A stretch of DNA of 64,000 bases from an uncultured Bacilli bacterium. Its GTDB lineage: Bacteria > Bacillota_I > Bacilli_A > RF39 > UBA660. The stretch covers positions 1,226 through 65,225 of the forward strand of contig CAKPJN010000004.1 of the NCBI GenBank assembly GCA_934162665.1, in the 5' to 3' direction. Below are positions 9,113 to 18,662 of the stretch, piece by piece; positions within the stretch are counted from its first letter, which is position 1, and each line of letters begins with the position of its first letter. The notes below the pieces were generated by a model, which saw only the letters and a program-made list of their open reading frames with translations, ran no database searches and was not told where the DNA came from. Made by a program: the position numbers and the translations under genes.

Positions 9113-10402
9113 ATGTACTCAGGAAAACAAGCACTACGATTAGAAAAATTTAAAGCATCAGATATTGGTGGATTAGATAAAAAATTAAAAGAAAGAAAAG
9201 GTTCTGGTAAATATGATAACACTAGAACTCCTTATAATATAGAATTAATAAATTATGATGGTCCTACTCTAGCTAGTTCAACATATGATTATCTTTATTC
9301 AAACAATATAAACTATAATCCAAATAAGAAAAGTGCGAAAGTATTGAATGGTTTAATAATAACAAGTGGTCAAGAATTCTTCGAACACTATGGAATGGAA
9401 TTTAAAGATACTGGAGAATTTTATAAAACTGGCAATAAGGCAGGTCAACCTATTAGACATGTAGTCATAGATGAAAATCATAATTTACCAACTGAAATAA
9501 AAAAGTTCTTTGATGAAAGTTTAAACTTTATTAAAGAATATGTAGGTAGTGAAAATATAAGATATGCAGCAATACATCTTGATGAATCTACACCACATAT
9601 GCATATATATTTCACTCCAGTAGTGAATGTTGTTAAGAGAAAAGTATTTGAGTTAGATGAAAATGGTCATCAATTAAAACACGAAATAACTAATAAAAAA
9701 GGTGAAAAGAAATTAGTACCTATTCAAAAGAAAGATAAGAATGGTAAAAATATTTATGAAACTGTTAAAGGTAAATTTCTAAATTCAGATCAATTTTGGA
9801 AACAAAAAGGTGGTAATGCATCTTATACTCTACTCCAAGATGATTATAATGAATTTATCAAATCTAAAGGATTCAATCTATTTAGAGGAGAAATTGGTGG
9901 AGATAAAACTCATTTAACTAATGCTATGAAACAACAAATTGAGTTAAATGCTTTAAATCGAGAAATCAAAAATGAAAACAAACTATTAAAAGAGGCAAAT
10001 AAAACCGAAAACAAGTTTATTGATAAAGTTGATATAGAAACATCTAAAGATATCTTAAATCCTATTAAAAAAGGTATTTTAAAACAAGATAAAGATATAG
10101 ATAATCTATCTGCTTACTCAAAAGAACTTGCTGAAGATAATATTAAAAAGGATTTAGAAATTAAAACTTTGACTCAAGAAGTTAATAACTTTAAATCAGG
10201 AGAGACTTATATTAATCAAAAGAAAATTATTGATAGTCAAAAATATTATGAATTAACTCCACCTAAAACATCTAAAAGTATTAGGACATTACCTCTTACT
10301 GAAGTTTTATATAATGATTTAGTAAATTTATACAATGAAAAAAAAAGAAGTACTATGGCTTTAATGATAAATGGTTTATCTTCGGAGAACACGAACCATT
10401 AA
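9113..10402 (+). CDS. mob: MobV-family (Mob_Pre) relaxase, with its C-terminus replaced by an in-frame integrase fragment
   Basis: AAIHLDESTPHMHIYFTPV is the HxDExTPHxH signature. The N-terminal ALRLEKFKASDIGGL.. part is Mob_Pre-like, followed by a coiled-coil middle. From about codon 382 the sequence (TPPKTSKSIRTLPL) is integrase-like. Confidence 0.8.
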   Translation: MYSGKQALRLEKFKASDIGGLDKKLKERKGSGKYDNTRTPYNIELINYDGPTLASSTYDYLYSNNINYNPNKKSAKVLNGLIITSGQEFFEHYGMEFKDTGEFYKTGNKAGQPIRHVVIDENHNLPTEIKKFFDESLNFIKEYVGSENIRYAAIHLDESTPHMHIYFTPVVNVVKRKVFELDENGHQLKHEITNKKGEKKLVPIQKKDKNGKNIYETVKGKFLNSDQFWKQKGGNASYTLLQDDYNEFIKSKGFNLFRGEIGGDKTHLTNAMKQQIELNALNREIKNENKLLKEANKTENKFIDKVDIETSKDILNPIKKGILKQDKDIDNLSAYSKELAEDNIKKDLEIKTLTQEVNNFKSGETYINQKKIIDSQKYYELTPPKTSKSIRTLPLTEVLYNDLVNLYNEKKRSTMALMINGLSSENTNH

Positions 10403-10668
10403 CCTTCGGTATGATGTCTAGAATTAATGGTAGAATTGCTAAAAATGCAGATATCCGAAGAATTCCACTACACTCTTTTAGACATTCGTGTGCATCAGCC
10501 TTAATATCTGCTCTGCTCCAATAACTGCTGTATCTAACTTTTTAGGCCATTCTGAAACTACTGAAACACTAGAAACTTATACTCATATGTTTAAAAAGGA
10601 TCTTGCAAATGTACCAAAATTCTTTGACACATTAGAAAAAGACTTTAATGAAAAGTCTTCCGAATAAA
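10255..10668 (+). pseudogene. int: tyrosine recombinase/integrase, 3' catalytic half only, at least 2 frameshifts
   Basis: Own three-frame reading: TPPKTSKSIRTLPL..LYNEKK / KKYYGFNDKWFIFGEHEPLTFGMMSRINGRIAKNADIRRIPLHSFRHSCASALIS / PITAVSNFLGHSETTETLETYTHMF. This gives HxxR, LGH and the catalytic Tyr. The shifts are at the A9 run 10338..10346 and near 10510. Confidence 0.75.
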
Positions 10669-10949
10669 CTATATTAAACTTATATAAACCATAGGTTGTG
10701 ATGGGTAGATGATGGGTAGCGTTCTACCATATTTATAGAAAACCCTTATAAATCAAACAAAAAGTGGAGCCTTTCGGCTCCTTCAGGGGGTTCGGTTGAA
10801 TATATTCTCACACTTAAACCGTGAGATATATCGGCGTGATATCTACCACGCATCTTAATCATATAGGATATTTTAGAAATTGTCAATTACTATTTATAAA
10901 TAATTTATAAATAATTTTTTAGTTTACATTAAACTACATTATTTTACTC

Positions 10950-11678
10950 TTAATTTTTATTTACTGTTTTTTTGTACATATATCTTTTAACAGCCTGTTT
11001 ATAAGTCATATTTATAACTGGTATATTATTTTCTTTTAAATAAGAAATTGCAGCTTTCTTAGCTTCTTCAGTTACTTCAACCACTTCATTATTAATTAAG
11101 AATGATAATTTATATTTATTTACATCGGTAAATTGATTTGCTTTTATAATGTTCATATTTTTTATTACAAAGCTTTTTATCTTTTTTAGTTCACTTATTG
11201 TCAAGTCTTTTTCAACTAAATCAAAAAAATCTTTTAATTCTAATGTTGTAGTTTCAAAATAATCTAATAGCTCAAAATCTCTAATCTTTCCATCTTCTTC
11301 TATACCATTTATTATTAGATTTTTAATTTCTGTTGTATTACAAGATTTATGAATATGTACGTTATTAGGATTATTCAATTTGTTTTTTATTTCTTCTGTT
11401 TTACAACAATTATTAACATATTCATTATATGAATTTTCTAATTTGTCTTTTATTTTATTATAATTATCTTCATTCTCTTTATCTTTTATTTTTATTAAAT
11501 ATGAATCAATATAACATTTAAAATCAATTATATTTACCTTTGATTTTGATATTAAATTTATAATTTTTTCTTTTGTATCTAATTTTAAAATTTTATCAAT
11601 AATATTATTATATTTTTCAGTATTTTTACAGATTTCCAATTGTCTTTTTAATTCATTTGTAATTTTAGTTTTTTTCAT
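10950..11678 (-). CDS. hypothetical protein (242 aa, Lys/Asn-rich)
   Basis: ORF only; no motif recognised. Confidence 0.4.
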   Translation of the reverse strand: MKKTKITNELKRQLEICKNTEKYNNIIDKILKLDTKEKIINLISKSKVNIIDFKCYIDSYLIKIKDKENEDNYNKIKDKLENSYNEYVNNCCKTEEIKNKLNNPNNVHIHKSCNTTEIKNLIINGIEEDGKIRDFELLDYFETTTLELKDFFDLVEKDLTISELKKIKSFVIKNMNIIKANQFTDVNKYKLSFLINNEVVEVTEEAKKAAISYLKENNIPVINMTYKQAVKRYMYKKTVNKN

Positions 11679-11707
11679 TCCGTTCCTCCTATTATCTTTA
11701 TTTATTA

Positions 11708-13705
11708 TTAACTAGCTTTATCAATACTTGATATTAAGTATTTTTTCAAATTATCATTATCTGTTTTTTCATCTAGTAAATATTCCTTTGAATCTTTTTT
11801 TGCTTGTAGAAGAATTTTATAATCTGATCTGATATTAGCAATTTTAAATGCCATATCTCCACTTTGCTTAGTTCCAAATAAATCTCCATGTCCTCTTAAT
11901 TTAAAATCTTCTTCACTTATTGTAAATCCATCATCTACTGTTTCCATTATTTTAAGTCTTGGTGTATCTGAGTCACTAATTAAAATACATTGTGATTTCA
12001 AATTACCTCGTCCTACTCTACCTCTTAACTGATGTAGAGTTGAAAGTCCAAATCTATCGGCATCAAATATTACCATCGTAGTTGCATTTGGAACATCTAC
12101 TCCTACTTCTATTACAGTTGTTGATATTAATATTTGAATATTGTTACTAGCAAATTCTTGCATAATTAATTCTTTTGCTCCACTAGCCATTTTTCCGTGA
12201 ATAATATCTATTTTATATTTTTCTCCGAATGCTAATTTCATTTGATCTTTTAGTTTACACACTGTTGTCAAATCAGAGTTTTCACTATCCTCTATTAGTG
12301 GGGCAATTATATATACTTGATGTTTTTGTTTTAATTCATCATACATCATTTGTAATACATCTTTTATTTCACTATTTTTCTTTACATATGTGTCTATTTT
12401 TTGTCTTCCTTTTGGTAACTGTTTAATTGTTGAGGTATCCATATCACCATATATAGTTAATGCATAAGTTCTTGGGATTGGTGTTGCGCTCATGTATAAT
12501 ATATCTGGTTTCTTACCTTTATTTTGAAGGTTTGCTCTTTGATGTACACCAAATCTATGTTGTTCATCTGTTATAACAAGTCCTAAATTATTATATATAA
12601 CATCTTCTTGTATTAGGGCATGTGTTCCGATTACAATGTTAATAGAACCTTTTTTTAAACCTTCATATATTTCTGTTTTTTCTTTCTTTGGGGTTGAACC
12701 CGTTAATAACACTACATTAATAGAAGTATCTTTTAAGAAGTTTTTTAAGTTATTATAATGTTGAGTAGCTAGTATTTCAGTTGGAGCCATTAAAGCACTT
12801 TGATATCCGCTTAAATAGTTAGCTACCATAGCGATAAATGCTACAATTGTTTTTCCACTTCCTACATCACCTTGTAATAATCTATTCATTCTACTTTTTG
12901 ATTCTAAATCATTAACAATTTCATTTATTGCGTTATTTTGATCATCTGTTAGAGAAAACGGGATACTTTTAATAAACTTTTCTAATTTTTCTTTATCAAT
13001 ATTTCTTTCTAATCCTTTATTTTTCTTTTTATTTTCTATTTTTAAATAATTTATTTTAAACATAAAAGCAAATAATTCTTCATATTTTAGTCGAACTGTT
13101 ACTTCTTTTAGTTTTTCTTCAGTTGATGGATTATGAATAATATTTAGCGATGTTTTTTTATTTAAGAAATTATATTTTTCAATATACGAATTTGGAATAT
13201 AATCAGGTATTTCTTTACCATACATTAAAATTGCCATATTTATATAGGTAGATAAGTTTTTATTTGTAAGTCCACTTGTTGAATGGTATACTGGTTCTAT
13301 TTTAATTTTATTTGATAATGTTTCAAGCTTTATATCTGATGCGGTTATAATATTTTTTGATTTATCTAGTTTTCCTATAATTGTAATGCCTGTACCAACT
13401 AATAATTGATTCTTTAAAAAAGCTCTATTAAAAATAGATACACCGACAACACCAGATTGTGTAACTAATCTAAAATTCATTTTATTTAAGCCTGCTTTAA
13501 ATCTCATTAAGATTGGAACACTTTCTACTTTTCCATCTATAACTATTTTTTCTCCATCTTCAACTTCTTGGAGACTATTTCTTTGTAATATTTCATATCT
13601 AAATGGGTAATGTGTTACTAAGTCTTCTACTGTATATATATTAATTTTATTTAATAATGAAAGTGTTTTTGGGCCAATTCCTTTTACTTCTTTTAATTCT
13701 ACCAT
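11708..13705 (-). CDS. recG: ATP-dependent DNA helicase RecG
   Basis: Wedge-domain N-terminus, GDVGSGKT (Walker A), TDEQHRFG (DEQH box). 665 aa. Confidence 0.9.
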   Translation of the reverse strand: MVELKEVKGIGPKTLSLLNKINIYTVEDLVTHYPFRYEILQRNSLQEVEDGEKIVIDGKVESVPILMRFKAGLNKMNFRLVTQSGVVGVSIFNRAFLKNQLLVGTGITIIGKLDKSKNIITASDIKLETLSNKIKIEPVYHSTSGLTNKNLSTYINMAILMYGKEIPDYIPNSYIEKYNFLNKKTSLNIIHNPSTEEKLKEVTVRLKYEELFAFMFKINYLKIENKKKNKGLERNIDKEKLEKFIKSIPFSLTDDQNNAINEIVNDLESKSRMNRLLQGDVGSGKTIVAFIAMVANYLSGYQSALMAPTEILATQHYNNLKNFLKDTSINVVLLTGSTPKKEKTEIYEGLKKGSINIVIGTHALIQEDVIYNNLGLVITDEQHRFGVHQRANLQNKGKKPDILYMSATPIPRTYALTIYGDMDTSTIKQLPKGRQKIDTYVKKNSEIKDVLQMMYDELKQKHQVYIIAPLIEDSENSDLTTVCKLKDQMKLAFGEKYKIDIIHGKMASGAKELIMQEFASNNIQILISTTVIEVGVDVPNATTMVIFDADRFGLSTLHQLRGRVGRGNLKSQCILISDSDTPRLKIMETVDDGFTISEEDFKLRGHGDLFGTKQSGDMAFKIANIRSDYKILLQAKKDSKEYLLDEKTDNDNLKKYLISSIDKAS

Positions 13706-13848
13706 AATAACACTTCCTTCTTGGCATATTATATCATATTGTTACTTTTTTTACAAAGAAAATATGTTTATTTTTAACAAGAAAAAGTTTTTTAAAAAAT
13801 TTGTGCTTTTTTGTTGACAAATTGACTTCTTTCGAGTAGTATAAGAGC

Positions 13849-13987
13849 TACCAATTCGGTTATTAGGCGAATTGGTCGCTAGTATCACACTAGCCAACCC
13901 CTTTTTATTCTTTTTTGGAGGCTGCCCTCAGGGGGTGCAGTCTCTTATATAGAAAATTAAAGAAGACATTTTTGTGTCTTCTTTTTT
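13849..13987 (+). ncRNA. candidate small structured RNA, unclassified
   Basis: About 48% GC segment in a 28% GC intergenic region. Upstream are TTGACA (13814..13819), 17 nt, then TAGTAT. Hairpins: CCAATTCG/CGAATTGG, GCTAGT/ACTAGC and CTGC..GCAG. It ends in the terminator at 13961..13987. No known RNA family recognised. Confidence 0.25.
13961..13987. terminator. intrinsic terminator hairpin (usable in both directions)
   Basis: AGAAGACA / TGTCTTCT, an 8-bp stem with a 6-nt loop. TTTTT follows on the plus strand and TTAATTTT on the minus strand, directly after the nifJ stop. Confidence 0.6.
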
Positions 13988-13989
13988 TA

Positions 13990-16900
13990 TTAATCTTTAT
14001 TGTTATTTTCTAATGATTTATAGTATTTGTATCTTTTTTCAGCATTTTCTTTATTTGTTTCTAACAATTCTTTAGCATTCTTTGATACTTTCTTTAAAGA
14101 ATTATATCTATCTTCTCCTGAAATAAAGTCTGGATATTTTGAGAAATCTGCTGCAGACTCCATTTTAAATTCTTTAGTTTCTGGATTATAGTGGAATAAT
14201 GGGAAGTAACCTGATAATGTTGCTTCTTTTTCTTCATTAATACTATTAGACATTCCTTTTATTATTCCTTGAGCTATACATGGTGCATAAGCAATTATAA
14301 TAGATGGACCATTATAACTTTCTGCCTCTTTTAATACTTTTATAGCTTGATTAGGATTTGCCCCTAATGAAATAGTTCCTACATATACATGTGGATAAGT
14401 TAGAGCTATTTTAGCTAAATCTTTCTTTTCAGTTTGTTTTCCATGAGATGCGAATTTAGCAATTGCGCCCATTCTTGTTGATTTTGATGATTGTCCACCG
14501 GTATTTGAATATACCTCAGTATCTAAGACTAGGATATTTACATTTTCATGTGTTGATATAACATGATCAATACCATTATATCCTATATCATAAGCCCAAC
14601 CATCTCCACCTACCATCCATATTGATTTAGGTTTTATAAAACTCTTTAGTTCTAATAATTGTTCTATTTTAGTATTATCTATTATTTCTAATAATTTAGT
14701 AGCAGTTTCCATATTTATATCTTTTATATAATCTTTATAGATTGGTTGTTCACTCTTTTTAATCATACTCATATTATTTTTAATTAGAGTTTTAATTCTT
14801 TCCTTTATAGTATTATCAGCTATTTTCATTCCAAATCCATATTCAGCATTATCTTCAAACAAAGAATTTGACCAAGGGGTGTTATAAGGAGTTGATGGAG
14901 CACTAGCACCATATATTGATGAGCATCCTGTTGCATTAGCAATAACTAAGTTATCATTAAATAACTGGGTTAAAAGTTTTAAATACGGAGTTTCTCCACA
15001 ACCTGCACAGGCACCGGAAAATTCAAATTTTGGGGTAACAAATTGACTTCCTTTTACTGTATTGGTTGGCATTACCTTTTTCTCTTTTACTTCTTCAAAT
15101 AAGTACTTTGCTTCTTCTTCCTTTTTATCTTCTAAAAGAGCTTTTTTGGCCTTCATTATGATGGCTTTCGCCCCTTTTTTACCTGGGCAGACTTCAGCAC
15201 ATAATCCACAACCAGTACAATCTTTTAGGCTGACACCTACTGTATATTTTAGATCTTGTTCTTTAATATTAGCTGGAATTAAATTTCTTTTTACAGATTC
15301 TGGAGCATCTAGTTCTTCATTTGAATCAAGTAAGAACGGTCTTATTACAGCATGTGGACAAACTAATGAGCATAAGTTACATGAAATACAGTTTTCACTA
15401 ATGTAACATGGAGCGGTATCCGTGGTATCTCTCTTTTCATATTTTGTAGTTGCCGGTTCAAAAGTTCCATCTGGATTTTGTAGGAATCTACTTACTGGTA
15501 GACTATCCCCTTCCATATCATTTATTATTTCAAAATCAGTTTTCTTTTTTTCTATTATATTATCATAATCAACATCTGGAATTTTTACTAAATTGACACT
15601 GTCTATACATGCATCGATAGCAGAAATATTTTTTTCTACAACATTGCCACCTTTATTACTAAACTTTTTCTTTATATTTTCTTTTATTTGTTCTACGGCA
15701 AAGTTGAAGTCTATAATTTTTCCAAGTTTAAAAATTAATACTTCCATAATTGCGCTTATTTTCCCATGTAGTCCATTTTCACTCGCTATTTTATCAGCAT
15801 CTACTATATAAAGTTTTATATGTTTCTTTTGAAGTATGCGTTTATCTTTAACCTTCATACTAGCAAGTACTTCATCACCTGTTTTTTTAGTATTTAATAA
15901 AAGTATTCCCTTTGAAGTTATTTTATCTAGCATATTTAATTTACTTAAATAAGAATCTTTTGTACAAACTACCATAGATGGCTTTTCAACATAATAAGTT
16001 GATTTAATTGGATTTTTACCAAATCTTAAATGAGAAACTGTTATTCCTCCAGATTTCTTAGAATCATATTGAAAATATCCTTGAGTGAAGGCTCTTGTAT
16101 GTGTACCTGTAATTTTTATTAAATCTTTAGAAGCACTAACCATTCCATCACTACCATAACCGTATATTAGAAATTCTATATTATTAGATGGTAGTTTAAA
16201 ATCTTTATTATATGGTATAGAAAGATTTGTTACATCATCTTCTATTCCAACTGTAAAATTAGTATGGACATCTTTTCTATCTAAAAAGTCATATATACCT
16301 TTTATCATAGCTGGTGTTGTATTTTTAGAAGATAATCCATATCTTCCACCTATTACCATTACTTTACTTTCTACTTCTTTTACTGTTTTTAAAACATCTA
16401 AGTATAATGGTTCTCCTGCTGATCCTGCTTCTTTAGTTCTATCTAAAACCGCTATTTTTTTAACTGATTTTGGTAATGCTTTTAAAAAGTACTTAGTAGA
16501 GAATGGTCTATAAAGATGAACTTCTAGAAGACCTATATTTTCATTTTTACTTTCTATTAAATAATCAATTGTTTCTTTTATTGTCTCACATACTGATCCC
16601 ATCGCAACAATAACTTTAGTAGCACTTTTACTTCCATAGTAATTAAATGGAGCATAGTTTTCACCAGTTATTTTGTTTATTTCCCTCATGTAATCATTTA
16701 CAATATCAGGGAGATTATCATAATATTTATTTCTTACTTCAGTTGCTTGAAAATAAATATCTCCGTTTTGAGCTGTTCCTTTAGTTTTTGGTAAATCCGG
16801 ATTTAAGGCTCTTTGTCTAAATTCATTTAAGGCTTTTTTATCTATTAGGTCTTTTAATTTAGAAGTATCTATAACTTCAATTTTTTGTAATTCATGAGAC

Positions 16901-17418
16901 GTTCTAAAGCCATCAAAGAAATTAACAAATGGAACACGACCTTTAATTGCTGATAGATGTGCAACTCCAGTTAAATCCATTACTTGTTGAACTGATGAGG
17001 ATGCAAGTTGAGCAAATCCGGTTTGGCGTGTTGCATAAATATCTTGGTGATCTCCAAAAATTGATAAAGCGTGTGTTGCAAGGGATCTTGCTGCTACATT
17101 TATAACACAAGGTAATAATTCACCTGCTATTTTATACATATTTGGAATCATTAATAGAAGTCCTTGACTTGCTGTATATGTTGTAGTTAAGCATCCTGCT
17201 TGTAATGATCCATGTACCATTCCAGCTGCACCTGCTTCACTTTCCATCTCAACTACTTTTACAGGAGTATCAAAATAGTTTAATTTATTATCATTAGACC
17301 ATTTATCAGTAAGTTCTGCCATTGGAGATGCTGGGGTTATAGGATAAATTCCTGCAACCTCTGTAAAATTATATGAAACATAACTACAAGCTTCATTACC
17401 ATCCATTATTTTTTTCAT
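13990..17418 (-). CDS. nifJ: pyruvate:ferredoxin (flavodoxin) oxidoreductase
   Basis: 1142 aa. Two ferredoxin motifs (CISCNLCSLVCPH, CTGCGLCAEVCPG) and a TPP site (GGDGWAYDIG). The start is set at ATG 17418, which is 6 nt after GGAGG. Confidence 0.9.
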   Translation of the reverse strand: MKKIMDGNEACSYVSYNFTEVAGIYPITPASPMAELTDKWSNDNKLNYFDTPVKVVEMESEAGAAGMVHGSLQAGCLTTTYTASQGLLLMIPNMYKIAGELLPCVINVAARSLATHALSIFGDHQDIYATRQTGFAQLASSSVQQVMDLTGVAHLSAIKGRVPFVNFFDGFRTSHELQKIEVIDTSKLKDLIDKKALNEFRQRALNPDLPKTKGTAQNGDIYFQATEVRNKYYDNLPDIVNDYMREINKITGENYAPFNYYGSKSATKVIVAMGSVCETIKETIDYLIESKNENIGLLEVHLYRPFSTKYFLKALPKSVKKIAVLDRTKEAGSAGEPLYLDVLKTVKEVESKVMVIGGRYGLSSKNTTPAMIKGIYDFLDRKDVHTNFTVGIEDDVTNLSIPYNKDFKLPSNNIEFLIYGYGSDGMVSASKDLIKITGTHTRAFTQGYFQYDSKKSGGITVSHLRFGKNPIKSTYYVEKPSMVVCTKDSYLSKLNMLDKITSKGILLLNTKKTGDEVLASMKVKDKRILQKKHIKLYIVDADKIASENGLHGKISAIMEVLIFKLGKIIDFNFAVEQIKENIKKKFSNKGGNVVEKNISAIDACIDSVNLVKIPDVDYDNIIEKKKTDFEIINDMEGDSLPVSRFLQNPDGTFEPATTKYEKRDTTDTAPCYISENCISCNLCSLVCPHAVIRPFLLDSNEELDAPESVKRNLIPANIKEQDLKYTVGVSLKDCTGCGLCAEVCPGKKGAKAIIMKAKKALLEDKKEEEAKYLFEEVKEKKVMPTNTVKGSQFVTPKFEFSGACAGCGETPYLKLLTQLFNDNLVIANATGCSSIYGASAPSTPYNTPWSNSLFEDNAEYGFGMKIADNTIKERIKTLIKNNMSMIKKSEQPIYKDYIKDINMETATKLLEIIDNTKIEQLLELKSFIKPKSIWMVGGDGWAYDIGYNGIDHVISTHENVNILVLDTEVYSNTGGQSSKSTRMGAIAKFASHGKQTEKKDLAKIALTYPHVYVGTISLGANPNQAIKVLKEAESYNGPSIIIAYAPCIAQGIIKGMSNSINEEKEATLSGYFPLFHYNPETKEFKMESAADFSKYPDFISGEDRYNSLKKVSKNAKELLETNKENAEKRYKYYKSLENNNKD

Positions 17419-17569
17419 TTTATACCTCCTCATTACTATAATATATTATATAACAATATTTTATTAATTTAAAGTTTATTGACATTAGTTCACATATTTT
17501 TTTATATAGAACAAAAAAAACTAGTAAATATAATAGTCCTTATTAATACTTACCGTTTTTTATAATTTT

Positions 17570-18658
17570 TTATTTTCCTAAAGTTGGAGCTTTTTTATTA
17601 TTTTTATTTGTTACTATCCAAGCATTTGAAACTGTTCTTCCACCATATTCTCCACCTGCTGATGGTCTATTATATAATTTGTAATTTACGGACATTGTAG
17701 ATGATGCTCCTCCATCTAAATTAGCTGCATTATAGGCTTTATATCTTAGTAGTACTTCAATTGCATCATTCATGGTTGCTCCTATACTATAACCTGGAAG
17801 TCTTCCTTCAATAATTAGGAATAAAACAATTCCATCTTTTCGTTGAGCAATAATTGTTCTTGGAGCTGTTCCCCATCCGCCATCACCGTGGATTTTAGAA
17901 ACTTTTCCATTAACAATTAAGTTAGGTCCAAATTCTATGGCATCTTCCATACCACTATTTATGGCATCCTGTGGTGACGCATTTGTTAATAATAATTTAT
18001 TATCCTTTGTGAAACCAATTAATTCTCCTGAACCTCCAGCATGTTGCCAGATAAGTTCACCATCTTTTATAATTGCGCCATATGGGATTGAACCATTTCC
18101 CCAACCATCTAAATCTTCAAAACCGCCACCATTTATTCCAACGTATCCTTCATTTTCTTTACATAATGTATTAACTGATGCTCCCATTTTCCCTAATTTT
18201 TTTGGTGTCGCTAATTCTATATCAGCTGGATCATATATAACAGTTAAGTATCCTTTAAATTTCTTTTCTTCTAAACGAATTATCTTATATAAGTCATTTC
18301 CTTCATCTCTTGTATAAAGTTCTCGTTCATACTTTGAAGAATAATGTTTCTTTTCACTAGTATCTCCAATAATGATATCATCTAAGTTCATCTTCTCAGT
18401 TGATTTTTCAATGTAATTATTACTCATTATTTTATTTACTGTATCTTCATCATATAAAGTATATGCTAAATATTTATGTGACATGGTTGTCATGGCTGTT
18501 GGAATCCAAAATTTTTTAAATTTGTCAGTATTAATTATAGTTATTCCAGCAATCGCAACTATATCCAAAAGGATTATAAAAACAGTTATTTTTTTGGGAC
18601 TAATATTTTTAATTTTACGTTTAAAACTTTTTAGTTTTTTCTTTCTTATTGTTTTCAT
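17570..18658 (-). CDS. membrane-anchored phosphodiester glycosidase family protein
   Basis: N-terminal TM helix, then GINGGGFEDLDG, IIAQRKDGIVLFLIIEGR and NLDGGASSTM motifs. Confidence 0.6.
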   Translation of the reverse strand: MKTIRKKKLKSFKRKIKNISPKKITVFIILLDIVAIAGITIINTDKFKKFWIPTAMTTMSHKYLAYTLYDEDTVNKIMSNNYIEKSTEKMNLDDIIIGDTSEKKHYSSKYERELYTRDEGNDLYKIIRLEEKKFKGYLTVIYDPADIELATPKKLGKMGASVNTLCKENEGYVGINGGGFEDLDGWGNGSIPYGAIIKDGELIWQHAGGSGELIGFTKDNKLLLTNASPQDAINSGMEDAIEFGPNLIVNGKVSKIHGDGGWGTAPRTIIAQRKDGIVLFLIIEGRLPGYSIGATMNDAIEVLLRYKAYNAANLDGGASSTMSVNYKLYNRPSAGGEYGGRTVSNAWIVTNKNNKKAPTLGK

Positions 18659-18662
18659 ATCT

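Larger units (their letters stand above)
8157..10668. mobile_element. decayed integrative mobilizable element core (XRE regulator, small ORF, MobV relaxase, integrase remnant)
   Basis: Gene content as listed. The relaxase is fused to the 3' half of a tyrosine recombinase that carries at least 2 frameshifts. The element's outer limits are not determined. Confidence 0.55.

Noticed and set aside
10717-10722. TAGCGT, the same as the CS-6 of ssoA single-strand origins of RCR plasmids, in a hairpin next to the element.
   Set aside because: A 6-mer is weak evidence. It lies partly in the stem rather than the loop, and I could not recognise the RSB element. It is mentioned only as a hypothesis in a finding.
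10788-10812. GGGGGTTCGGTTGAAT looked like a tRNA/tmRNA T-arm, which could mark an att site in a tRNA 3' end.
   Set aside because: There is no complementary CCCCC arm, no acceptor stem and no CCA context. It cannot be folded into a T-arm.
8717-10850. The 9-mer TCTACCACG occurs at 8717..8725 and 10842..10850, and could be att-type direct repeats bounding a 2.1-kb element.
   Set aside because: It is only 9 bp. By rough estimate there is about a 10% chance of such a match between two 200-bp regions. It would also leave the XRE regulator outside the element. I kept it only as something to test.
17419-17433. Upstream ATG 17433 would extend PFOR by 5 codons (MRRYK).
   Set aside because: That ATG lies just upstream of, and abutting, the GGAGG Shine-Dalgarno that is correctly spaced for ATG 17418.
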